From a virus: a stretch of 64,000 nucleotides of DNA. The stretch is from positions 1-64,000 of IMG/VR virus record IMGVR_UViG_3300011113_000492. One strand, 5' to 3'. The translations under genes were made by a program, and so were the position numbers. Shown here in pieces: positions 46,424 to 54,370 of this stretch; positions within the stretch are counted from its first letter, which is position 1, and each line of letters starts with the position of its first letter. The notes beneath the pieces were generated by a model. The model was not told where the DNA came from and did no database searches. It saw only the letters and a list, made by a program, of their open reading frames with translations.

Positions 46424-46766
46424 AACTACTCGCGTATTAGATATAAAGTTGGACTATCGTGTTCATGGTAGGTGTATATTTAACATGAGTATAAACGATC
46501 ACCAAATCGAATCTGGTGAATCTATTAAGTTAAATCTGTTTGATAACATACTTCTTAAAATTGAACTACTAGATTTTGATGAAGGCACAAGTGGCGTCGA
46601 AATCGAACACTTTAGTATCAACGAACTAGAAATATTACCAAAATATCAACATCTATCCAATAATAAAAAATGCTATGTCGATAATCTGGGATTATGGTAT
46701 TTCGAAATATCCGCACCATTTTATCCATGGTATCATCGTATTACAGGGCAAGGATGGATTGCTTGA
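46392..46766 (+). CDS. Hypothetical phage protein
   Basis: 124-aa coupled ORF. Confidence 0.55.
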   Translation: MKNFSDITAIETTRVLDIKLDYRVHGRCIFNMSINDHQIESGESIKLNLFDNILLKIELLDFDEGTSGVEIEHFSINELEILPKYQHLSNNKKCYVDNLGLWYFEISAPFYPWYHRITGQGWIA

Positions 46767-46791
46767 CAGATAAATTAAATGCTGCTATAAT
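46763..46791 (+). promoter_or_regulatory. Consensus sigma70 promoter of uvsE
   Basis: TTGACA-N17-TATAAT with an extended TG; the ATG is 6 nt downstream. Confidence 0.85.
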
Positions 46792-46797
46792 TATGGC

Positions 46798-47838
46798 ATG
46801 ACTACCACTATTACCCGACGTATTGGCTTTGCCTGCAAATGGATTGATAATGCCACTCAGATTGACGGCATTAAGGCCAAGGACGACTGTAAAAAGTATA
46901 ATACTGGTACAACTACCATTACTTGGTTAAATAAACAAAGTAAACAGGTTGCTGAAGAAAAGCTTTGGACATTGATGCGCCAGAATATCGAAGCAACAAA
47001 ACTCTTAGTAGAAAAGGTCAGTACACTTGAACCGCATCTTAGAATGGTACGACTCAGCAGTGATATACTGCCTGCTTACACTGAGCCAAGCTGGTCTTGG
47101 TTTTATAGATTACCCGATGTCCGAGCTTACGCAGAAAGACATTTCGGAACCATCGGTGATATTGCTAGGAAGATGGATGTTAGGCTTAGTATGCATCCTG
47201 GTCAGTTTGTGGTTCTGGCTAGTGATAGAGCAGATGTTGTAGATCGTAGCATAGAGGAATTTGAGTATCATGCGGATATGGCGAGATGGATGGGGTATGG
47301 TCAAAGATATCAGGACTTTAAGATCAATGTCCACATTGCCGGTAGAGCCGGTCCCCAAGGTATTCGCGCTGCCCTCAAAAGACTTACCCCCGAAGCAAGA
47401 AACTGCATCACCATCGAAAATGACGAAATCACATGGGGAATCGAAGACAGCCTCGAACTGGTCAACGATCTCGCTTTGGTGCTAGACATCCATCACCATT
47501 GGATTAAAACTGGAGAATACATTGAGAACAATGATGACCGTATTAAAAGGATTATTGATAGCTGGCGTGGTATGCGTCCTGTTATACATTACTCCGTTAG
47601 CCGTGAAGATGTACTTGTCGGCTATCCCGGACACGAACGCCCCTCTCTTGGTCCGTTGATGGAACAGGGCTACAAAAAAGGTAAACTACGAGCACACAGC
47701 GATTTTTACTGGAATGACGCGGTTAATACATGGGCAGTGACTCACAACGAATGGGCAGATATCATGTGCGAAAGTAAAGCCAAAAATTTGGCCAGCTTTG
47801 AACTGGCCAAATATGCTCAACTTAAAAATCTAATTTAG
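46798..47838 (+). CDS. uvsE: UV damage endonuclease UvsE/UvdE
   Basis: IGFAC, RLSSDILP, SMHPGQF, IENDE, LDIHHH, IHYS, AHSD and ESKAK motifs. Confidence 0.93.
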   Translation: MTTTITRRIGFACKWIDNATQIDGIKAKDDCKKYNTGTTTITWLNKQSKQVAEEKLWTLMRQNIEATKLLVEKVSTLEPHLRMVRLSSDILPAYTEPSWSWFYRLPDVRAYAERHFGTIGDIARKMDVRLSMHPGQFVVLASDRADVVDRSIEEFEYHADMARWMGYGQRYQDFKINVHIAGRAGPQGIRAALKRLTPEARNCITIENDEITWGIEDSLELVNDLALVLDIHHHWIKTGEYIENNDDRIKRIIDSWRGMRPVIHYSVSREDVLVGYPGHERPSLGPLMEQGYKKGKLRAHSDFYWNDAVNTWAVTHNEWADIMCESKAKNLASFELAKYAQLKNLI

Positions 47839-48170
47839 ACTGTTTTTTTCTTTACAGTTGTTTTCTTAGCTGGAGCTGCCTTTTTAGCAGGTGCTTTTTT
47901 GGCTGTCACCTTTTTAACAGGTGCTTTTTTAACAGGTTTAACTTCTGCCGCAGGTACTGGATCGACTGCCTTGACTTCAACTGGTGCAGTCATCGGAGCA
48001 GGTTCCGCTTGTGGCGGTTCTACTTTATACGGTGCTTGTTTTTCAACCGCATTATCATTGATGATATCCAATGGATGTTTGTCAGATGATTGATCTTTTT
48101 TGGCATTGTTTGCGTTCCAGGCCCAGTATCCTAGAACAGCCAATACCACTAGTGCTACAATAATTTCCAT
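47835..48170 (-). CDS. Membrane-anchored protein with histone-H1-like Lys/Ala/Pro tail
   Basis: N-terminal TM MEIIVALVVLAVLGYWAW and C-terminal VKKAPVKKVTAKKAPAKKAAPAKK. Confidence 0.65.
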   Translation of the reverse strand: MEIIVALVVLAVLGYWAWNANNAKKDQSSDKHPLDIINDNAVEKQAPYKVEPPQAEPAPMTAPVEVKAVDPVPAAEVKPVKKAPVKKVTAKKAPAKKAAPAKKTTVKKKTV

Positions 48171-48237
48171 TCTTATCTCCTTGCAAGTTATTTGAATGTA
48201 TTATATTTACATCAGTGATCGAACACTAAAAAATATA

Positions 48238-48266
48238 TTGATTTATGTTGCAACCGCACATATAAT
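48238..48266 (+). promoter_or_regulatory. Sigma70 promoter of phasin with a TGC-N4-GCA inverted repeat in its spacer
   Basis: TTGATT-TATGTTGCAACCGCACA-TATAAT. Confidence 0.6.
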
Positions 48267-48338
48267 TGCTAAATACTTTGTGGGATGCTACATTGGGTGG
48301 GTCCCAAAAGAAGTAAATTTCGTCTTAAGGAGAAAATT

Positions 48339-48608
48339 ATGTTTACATATGACACATTAATCGACACCGTTCAAACCGGTAAAAAACAATTCGTGAATAC
48401 TTTTATTCAAAACGAAGCTGTTAAAAATGCAATGGTTACGTTCATTGATGCACAATCGGACTATACTAAAAAAGCCGCTAAGGTTAGTATGGACACTGCA
48501 ACGGTTCTTACCAGCGAATTCATGAAAGCTTCGCAAGAAGCTATGAAATTCGATTACAGTAAGTTTGGTGAAGGTTTTGGCAAAGCATTTTCTGCTGCCA
48601 AAAAGTAA
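48339..48608 (+). CDS. Phasin-like (PHA granule-associated) protein
   Basis: Amphipathic helical pattern DTLIDTVQTGKKQF...FIDAQSDYTKKAAK, with an AAGGAG SD. Confidence 0.6.
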   Translation: MFTYDTLIDTVQTGKKQFVNTFIQNEAVKNAMVTFIDAQSDYTKKAAKVSMDTATVLTSEFMKASQEAMKFDYSKFGEGFGKAFSAAKK

Positions 48609-48633
48609 TACTCAAGTACTACTTTTAATCCAT

Positions 48634-48664
48634 AAAAACCTGCTGTTTTGGCGGGTTTCTTTTT
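48634..48664 (+). terminator. Intrinsic terminator
   Basis: AAACCTGCT-loop-GGCGGGTTT-CTTTT. Confidence 0.75.
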
Positions 48665-48695
48665 GGTTGACCAATATTCCCAATTTTGCTATAAT
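48665..48695 (+). promoter_or_regulatory. Sigma70-type early promoter, cassette copy 3
   Basis: GG-TTGACC-N17(AATATTCCCAATTTTGC)-TATAAT. Confidence 0.85.
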
Positions 48696-48724
48696 AATGG
48701 AATAGTAAACAAAACGGAGTAAGA

Positions 48725-48961
48725 ATGATTACCGCAGACAAGCTCGCCCTCCTGACTAATTTCCCTGCATTCATGCTTACTCAACTGATCCAGCAGGCAG
48801 GCTACAAGAAAGATAAGTTCAACACTGCCAAGTTTTTGGGACTTACCAATGGTGGCCAATTCTGCTACAGTGTTACCTACGTCGAGGACGGCGAAGAATG
48901 TAATACCAAAGTATTTCTAAATTATGACTCCGTTGCAGACGCAGTTTCTGCAGATTATTAA
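48725..48961 (+). CDS. Small early hypothetical protein
   Basis: 78 aa with a GGAG SD. Confidence 0.6.
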   Translation: MITADKLALLTNFPAFMLTQLIQQAGYKKDKFNTAKFLGLTNGGQFCYSVTYVEDGEECNTKVFLNYDSVADAVSADY

Positions 48962-48987
48962 TATTGTAAAAAAACAACAATAATTTC

Positions 48988-49018
48988 GGTTGCTCGAAAT
49001 TCCCAATTTTGCTATAAT
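48988..49018 (+). promoter_or_regulatory. Sigma70-type early promoter, cassette copy 4
   Basis: GG-TTGCTC-N17(GAAATTCCCAATTTTGC)-TATAAT. Confidence 0.85.
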
Positions 49019-49049
49019 AATGACATCAAGTAACAAAACAGGAGTTGAT

Positions 49050-49406
49050 ATGTCTTACGTATTGTATCACACCAAAGAACGTGGTCGTCCACAAATCCTT
49101 CGTACCTATGCAACTCGCAAGGGTGCGCTGATCGGTATGCGAGCCAGCAACCGCAATGCTGGTTATGACATTCGTTATGCTGTGAAGACCAGCGCCAACG
49201 GCACTTTGGTTGAGACTGCTAGTAAAGTTGGTGTGTTCGCTACACTTCGCGCACCGTACGGTGTTATGGAGTACGAACTGTTCAACACCACTTTTCCTGT
49301 AGGCACCAAGACTGTGAAGAACTTGATGACCGGCAAGGATGTCGAAATCGCTGAAGATACTCCTTGGTGTTGCAATCCTGCATCTGAAACTTATTGGAGC
49401 ATGTAA
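49050..49406 (+). CDS. Early hypothetical protein
   Basis: AGGAG SD and C-terminal VKNLMTGKDVEIAEDTPWCCNPASETYWSM. Confidence 0.6.
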   Translation: MSYVLYHTKERGRPQILRTYATRKGALIGMRASNRNAGYDIRYAVKTSANGTLVETASKVGVFATLRAPYGVMEYELFNTTFPVGTKTVKNLMTGKDVEIAEDTPWCCNPASETYWSM

Positions 49407-49681
49407 TGTCTCAGTCTGACACTGTTATTCCTGTTATCGATCTTAAATTTTGTGAATACGACAAAACTCGTCGGGTGCTTAAATTGCCCAGTGAATATGT
49501 TGGCATGCCCTTGACATTCTTTGTTCGTAGTCATCACACTGGTAAAGAAGTTAGATTTGTTCCTGTCACTCCCGCTGATGTTTTGTTTGATCAAGATCAA
49601 TGGGATGGCGAACAACAAATTTATCGTCCTTTGGGAAATGTCTCTGGTGTAGATCATATGGTGATTTATCATGCGTACTAA
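49406..49681 (+). CDS. Early hypothetical protein
   Basis: Coupled by TAATG. Confidence 0.55.
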   Translation: MSQSDTVIPVIDLKFCEYDKTRRVLKLPSEYVGMPLTFFVRSHHTGKEVRFVPVTPADVLFDQDQWDGEQQIYRPLGNVSGVDHMVIYHAY

Positions 49682-49943
49682 AACAATCATTGAAGGCTTT
49701 AAGAACAGCCAAAAATTTCGCTTCATTCTTCAGTCCACTGATGGTGCTGAAGTTGGCATGGTAATTACCATCCAACAGATGAGCGATTGTTTTGCTACAC
49801 GAGATGCTCGTATCGCTGTCTGGACTGCCCTTAATAAACTGGCACTGGATCGCAGTAGGGCAAAATATCTCGGCGAGACTTTGCCCACAGGATTGGTTCG
49901 TCAAGCCGATGGGTTTCATCAAGTTCAAGTTGATCTTCACTAA
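49671..49943 (+). CDS. Early hypothetical protein
   Basis: 90-aa coupled ORF. Confidence 0.55.
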   Translation: MRTKTIIEGFKNSQKFRFILQSTDGAEVGMVITIQQMSDCFATRDARIAVWTALNKLALDRSRAKYLGETLPTGLVRQADGFHQVQVDLH

Positions 49944-49952
49944 GGAGTTTTT

Positions 49953-50450
49953 ATGAATTGCAGTCCTACTCTTACCGCAGATGAGTTCAAAACCGTTCAC
50001 AATGCAGTCTGTGAATTGGATCACCTTGTGCATCGTCTTGAGGAAGTACTCAAGCCTGAACTGTATATGTCACTGGTCACTGCTCGCAATAACATCCGCA
50101 AAGGGCTCGAAGGAGCTTATAAACAGGATGATGATTCTTTTGAAACAAAGAGCCGTCACTACGACGATGTTAAAGCTCAGTTGGGCATGGACCACAGTGA
50201 GTGGAGCATCTACGAAGTAGACAACATGGCCGATCGCCATCCCTTTGAAGGCGTGGATCGTGTAGTCTATCGCGACCACTGGGGAAACAAGCCTGTGAGT
50301 TGCAGTGTCAATGGCTTGACTTGGGCTGCTCTGTGGATTGCTGCTAACGCCTGTATCAGGGATAGTGGTGACAGTCATCATGTCTATGTCGAACGGTTTA
50401 GTCCCGACAAAGATGATTCGCGTACCCTTATTCTGCAAACTGGTTCGTAA
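49953..50450 (+). CDS. Early hypothetical protein
   Basis: AAGGAG SD; contains DSGDSHHVYVERF. Confidence 0.6.
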   Translation: MNCSPTLTADEFKTVHNAVCELDHLVHRLEEVLKPELYMSLVTARNNIRKGLEGAYKQDDDSFETKSRHYDDVKAQLGMDHSEWSIYEVDNMADRHPFEGVDRVVYRDHWGNKPVSCSVNGLTWAALWIAANACIRDSGDSHHVYVERFSPDKDDSRTLILQTGS

Positions 50451-50465
50451 TTAAGGAATAATATT

Positions 50466-50690
50466 ATGAACGATTGGGATAGAGATAATCTTAATTTCAT
50501 TATGACGGCCAGCAAACAAGAATTGGCCGCATTCTATGACGAGTGCAACAGCGAAGACTTAAATTATCTATTTAGGCTTGTAAATTGGGAAATAAGCCGA
50601 CTTCGTGTAGCAGAGGTAGAAGAATTTGATCGAGTTGTCGAAATTGACAAAGCGCAATCTATTCTTAAAAAATTTATGCTCAATAAATAA
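50466..50690 (+). CDS. Small hypothetical protein
   Basis: AAGGA SD; starts MNDWDRDNLNFIM. Confidence 0.6.
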   Translation: MNDWDRDNLNFIMTASKQELAAFYDECNSEDLNYLFRLVNWEISRLRVAEVEEFDRVVEIDKAQSILKKFMLNK

Positions 50691-51161
50691 TTGATGAATT
50701 TAGTTTTCATTAGTCACAATCTCAAAGATCCAGAGGCATGGAGATTAGCTCTTGGAGTAGAAAAGTTAATTCATTTTAATAATCCAGATAAGCTAAAAGG
50801 GTTTGCCGAAATATCATTAATGGTGGATGAGCTAATATATGAAGGAAAATACCCTGTAGATTGGGTATTATATTGCAACAACGAAAAAGGTATTAAATGG
50901 AACGAATTTCTTTCGATAGAATCATACATCGATGACAGGTCTGACACATTGTTTTTAACTCAGACTCGTATACAAGGAAAAGCGAAAAATCCAGTGCCCG
51001 ATCTGTTAGGAAATTTTTATTGTAAACCGCATGTTTTTACATTGTTAGGTAGTCTGTATAAGGTACAAGCTGATATGATTAAAGATACTAGATCAGACTT
51101 AGAATCTACAAAAATTTTATTTGGATTGACTCGGGCAGGATTTAATATTAAATTAATATGA
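50691..51161 (+). CDS. Hypothetical protein
   Basis: 156-aa AT-rich ORF. Confidence 0.5.
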   Translation: MMNLVFISHNLKDPEAWRLALGVEKLIHFNNPDKLKGFAEISLMVDELIYEGKYPVDWVLYCNNEKGIKWNEFLSIESYIDDRSDTLFLTQTRIQGKAKNPVPDLLGNFYCKPHVFTLLGSLYKVQADMIKDTRSDLESTKILFGLTRAGFNIKLI

Positions 51162-51982
51162 CCGATTCTTCGAAAACTATAAACAGACTTGCAGTAATCT
51201 TAGTCGGCGAACTAAGAACATGGAAAATTGCCAGTCAGTATTTGTTTAAGTTATTCGAAGAACGTGCTCATCAAGTTGATTATTTTTTTGTTACATGGAA
51301 TGTAACTTCTCAGACTGGGGAATTAGTTTCAGTCACTGACTCTGATGTACTAACTCCGTTTCAATTACATAATAAAAATTTGATATCGTATAAAATATTG
51401 GAACCTATTGGCCGTCACAGAACAACATTTTATAATCAAGCCTGGCTGGCCAAATTTGGTAATATGTTAAAGCGTCGTCATGAAATTAATAACAATTTTG
51501 TATACGATCAAGTAGTCGAAACTAGACCCGATTGTTATTTTAGACGCAGTGCCACTCCTTGGATTATATGTAAAGATTTTGAGTATGAAGGTGCAGCACC
51601 TAAGACTTGGGCCAGCGGCCTATTAGGTATGACTGATGTTTACTTTAGAACCACGAGTAGTACCAACGATTTAATTGCAGATAGATACTATTTTACTAGA
51701 TCGGCTGACCACTCTCAAATAATAAACGAAACCCATTGGCAATTTTCTAATCATCATTGGGTTATGTGTGAAATTTTTAATAAAAGATTATTGGTACCAG
51801 TTAGTCATAACGACACCGGTGATTTCAATTTTTTCTGTTGCATAAGGCCCAACTTTCCAACAGACACCGACTTAGATAAGATTCATTGGAAAACTCTAGA
51901 TGAAATATTTGTTGGGTGGGGGAGACCATATGATGACTTTTTCTATGGTCCCCGGAGCTCCGAACCAATAATAGAAAATTAA
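51158..51982 (+). CDS. Putative GT-A-like glycosyltransferase
   Basis: LAVILVGELRT...VDYFFVTW...YDQVVETRPD, a pattern seen in phage GT-like families. Confidence 0.5.
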   Translation: MTDSSKTINRLAVILVGELRTWKIASQYLFKLFEERAHQVDYFFVTWNVTSQTGELVSVTDSDVLTPFQLHNKNLISYKILEPIGRHRTTFYNQAWLAKFGNMLKRRHEINNNFVYDQVVETRPDCYFRRSATPWIICKDFEYEGAAPKTWASGLLGMTDVYFRTTSSTNDLIADRYYFTRSADHSQIINETHWQFSNHHWVMCEIFNKRLLVPVSHNDTGDFNFFCCIRPNFPTDTDLDKIHWKTLDEIFVGWGRPYDDFFYGPRSSEPIIEN

Positions 51983-52049
51983 TTACTGGTTGATTTAAAT
52001 TCATATTCGTAGTAAACTACACATCTGTTCAACTTTTATCAAATAAATT

Positions 52050-52496
52050 ATGGGACTTGATCAATATGCTTATGTGGCAGCTCGTGCAGGCCAAAACACA
52101 GAGTGGTGGGACGGTGCTGAATTGGATCCCGATACTCGCGATTATAGAAATTCTAAGGTAGACAAACCGCGTGAATTGGCCTACTGGAGGAAACATCCAA
52201 ATCTGCAGGGATGGATGGAGCATCTGTGGCACAAGAAACGTAATGCAGAAGGCAATCCCGTTGTCGAAGATGCCGATGACATGGGCACATTTAATGGTGT
52301 AGAGCTCGAGCTCACGTGGCAAGATATCGATGAATTAGAAAAAGCCGTAAAAAAACGTAAACTACCATCAACTCAAGGATTCTTTTTTGGTAATGATGCT
52401 GATCAGCACTACTACGATCAAGATTTAGAATTCATTAAAAATGCCCGAGCAGAATTGTTTCTGGGCTTGAAAGTGTTTTATAACAGCTCTTGGTAA
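52050..52496 (+). CDS. Conserved phage hypothetical protein
   Basis: MGLDQYAY, YWRKHPNLQGWME and GFFFG. Confidence 0.65.
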   Translation: MGLDQYAYVAARAGQNTEWWDGAELDPDTRDYRNSKVDKPRELAYWRKHPNLQGWMEHLWHKKRNAEGNPVVEDADDMGTFNGVELELTWQDIDELEKAVKKRKLPSTQGFFFGNDADQHYYDQDLEFIKNARAELFLGLKVFYNSSW

Positions 52497-52519
52497 AGAG
52501 CATTTTTTGGAGAAGAGCA

Positions 52520-52678
52520 ATGAGCGAAAAAACTTTGAACACGGCTAATCAAGCCATTTTTCATATGCAACTTAACACCGACGAAGCAATTCGTTACGTG
52601 GTAAAACATGCCAGTGTCAGCCCCAAAGAGGCTGGTTTGGCCATCAAGGAGACCTTGGTAGGCTATAAAACACGATAA
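52520..52678 (+). CDS. Small hypothetical protein
   Basis: 52 aa after a GGAG SD. Confidence 0.5.
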   Translation: MSEKTLNTANQAIFHMQLNTDEAIRYVVKHASVSPKEAGLAIKETLVGYKTR

Positions 52679-52698
52679 AATACTAGCATATAATCAAC

Positions 52699-52732
52699 GC
52701 CCTTTACAGTGACTAAATACCGCTGAGAGGGC
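52699..52732 (+). promoter_or_regulatory. Late promoter in the loop of an SD-sequestering hairpin
   Basis: GCCCTTT-A-CAGTG-(ACTAAATAC)-CGCTG-AGAGGGC; the ATG is at 52739. Confidence 0.75.
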
Positions 52733-52738
52733 TTTTTC

Positions 52739-53236
52739 ATGGCTAGACCTAATCCCATTCGATCTATAATGGCGTACCCGTTACCCAGTATAACATATCA
52801 AAGGAAAAAAAGCTTTAGACCCACTGACGAAGATATTATCTACGCATATAATATATTAAACAAATATATTTTTGATAATCAATTAAGACGGCCCGAAATC
52901 AATCAAGGAATTATTCACAAAGCGTGGGGGCTGTGTCAATGGTATCAACAAGAACAAGACACAGGATCTTTCTGTTCTATTCGACTAGTAGACAAGTGGT
53001 TCTGTTCGCAATGGTTCCTAAACACACTTGCACATGAAATGGTGCATCAGTATCAATGGGACATAGATCGATGGAACCACATCGAACAATACGGAAAAGA
53101 CATTAACCTTAGTGGCGGTGCCCATGGACCCAGTTTTTATGCCTGGCGCGAACGATTTGAATACTACGATTTAAATTTAAAAGTCAGTTTTGGTCAGCGT
53201 CGTTGGTTTAGGCATCAAGACTTTAATAAATGTTGA
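52739..53236 (+). CDS. SprT-like zinc metalloprotease
   Basis: TLAHEMVHQYQW...GAHGPSF. Confidence 0.8.
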   Translation: MARPNPIRSIMAYPLPSITYQRKKSFRPTDEDIIYAYNILNKYIFDNQLRRPEINQGIIHKAWGLCQWYQQEQDTGSFCSIRLVDKWFCSQWFLNTLAHEMVHQYQWDIDRWNHIEQYGKDINLSGGAHGPSFYAWRERFEYYDLNLKVSFGQRRWFRHQDFNKC

Positions 53237-53261
53237 CAACTCTACTATAGTTGTCTATAAT
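53233..53261 (+). promoter_or_regulatory. Consensus sigma70 promoter of clpP with a 7-7-7 inverted repeat
   Basis: TTGACA-N17-TATAAT containing GACAACT-N7-AGTTGTC. Confidence 0.75.
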
Positions 53262-53288
53262 TAGGTATAATTCACTATAAAGGAAATT

Positions 53289-53879
53289 ATGCCCAATTTT
53301 GTACCAACAGTGCTAGAAAAGACCAGCAACGGTGAGCGAGCCTATGACATTTACAGCCGATTGCTTAAAGATCGTATTGTGATGTTAGACACTGATGTCA
53401 ATGAACACAGTGCCAGTCTTGTAGTAGCGCAAATGCTATTTTTAGAAAGCGAAAATCCCGACGCAGATATCTTATTTTATATTAATAGCCCGGGCGGTGT
53501 AGTGACTGCTGGTATGGCTATCTATGATACTATGCAATTCATTAAACCCGAGGTGTCCACAATTGTCATGGGACAAGCATGTTCAATGGGCAGTTTATTG
53601 GCACAGGCGGGGGCGCCAGGAAAAAGACTAATGTTGCCCAATGCGCGACACATGATTCATCAGCCCAGCGGCGGAGCTCGAGGGCAGGCCACTGACATGT
53701 TGATTCAAGTTGAAGAAATTTTGTCAATGAAACGAAATTTAACCAATATCTATGTAAAGCATAACAGTGCATCTAAGACATTTGATGAATTGACTGCGGA
53801 CATGGAGCGAGATAATTTTATGAGCGCCGAACAGGCCGTTACATATGGATTAGCAGACAGTATTGTTGAACGTAGATAA
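53289..53879 (+). CDS. clpP: ClpP protease proteolytic subunit
   Basis: [24 protein letters not shown] (Ser), MIHQP (His) and ERDNFM (Asp). Confidence 0.97.
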   Translation: MPNFVPTVLEKTSNGERAYDIYSRLLKDRIVMLDTDVNEHSASLVVAQMLFLESENPDADILFYINSPGGVVTAGMAIYDTMQFIKPEVSTIVMGQACSMGSLLAQAGAPGKRLMLPNARHMIHQPSGGARGQATDMLIQVEEILSMKRNLTNIYVKHNSASKTFDELTADMERDNFMSAEQAVTYGLADSIVERR

Positions 53880-53904
53880 ATATTTTCCTACATTCAACTT
53901 AACT

Positions 53905-54369
53905 ATGATAACACATCAATCTTTAACAGAAACCAAAACCGTCGTTAAACCTTGGGGACAAGAGAAATGGATCCAGCAAGGACAGGATAATCATTCTTAT
54001 GTACTTAAAGAAATTATCTTAAATGAAGGATTTAAAACTAGTTTACAAGTACACAAATACAAAGCGGAAACAAATTACATATTAGAGGGTCACGGTCGAC
54101 TAATATACAGTGATGTTGATTTCGACTGTGACAGGTATGTTGAGGGAAAATATACTGAGCAGGAGTTAGATCAAATTTTGATTAATTTAAAAGTTCAATC
54201 TTATGGCCCGGGCAGTGTAATGTCAATCGAACCTGGTACCATTCATAGAATGATTGCAGACACTGCACTACGATTTGTTGAAGCCAGTACTTGCCATTTA
54301 GACGATGTCATTCGATTACAAGATGATGCTAATCGTCTTCACGGTCGAATCGATTCAGAACACAAATAA
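53905..54369 (+). CDS. Cupin (mannose-6-phosphate isomerase type II-like)
   Basis: KPWGQE, TSLQVH..K.ETNY, PGTIHRM and DDVIRLQD motifs. Confidence 0.8.
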   Translation: MITHQSLTETKTVVKPWGQEKWIQQGQDNHSYVLKEIILNEGFKTSLQVHKYKAETNYILEGHGRLIYSDVDFDCDRYVEGKYTEQELDQILINLKVQSYGPGSVMSIEPGTIHRMIADTALRFVEASTCHLDDVIRLQDDANRLHGRIDSEHK

Positions 54370-54370
54370 T

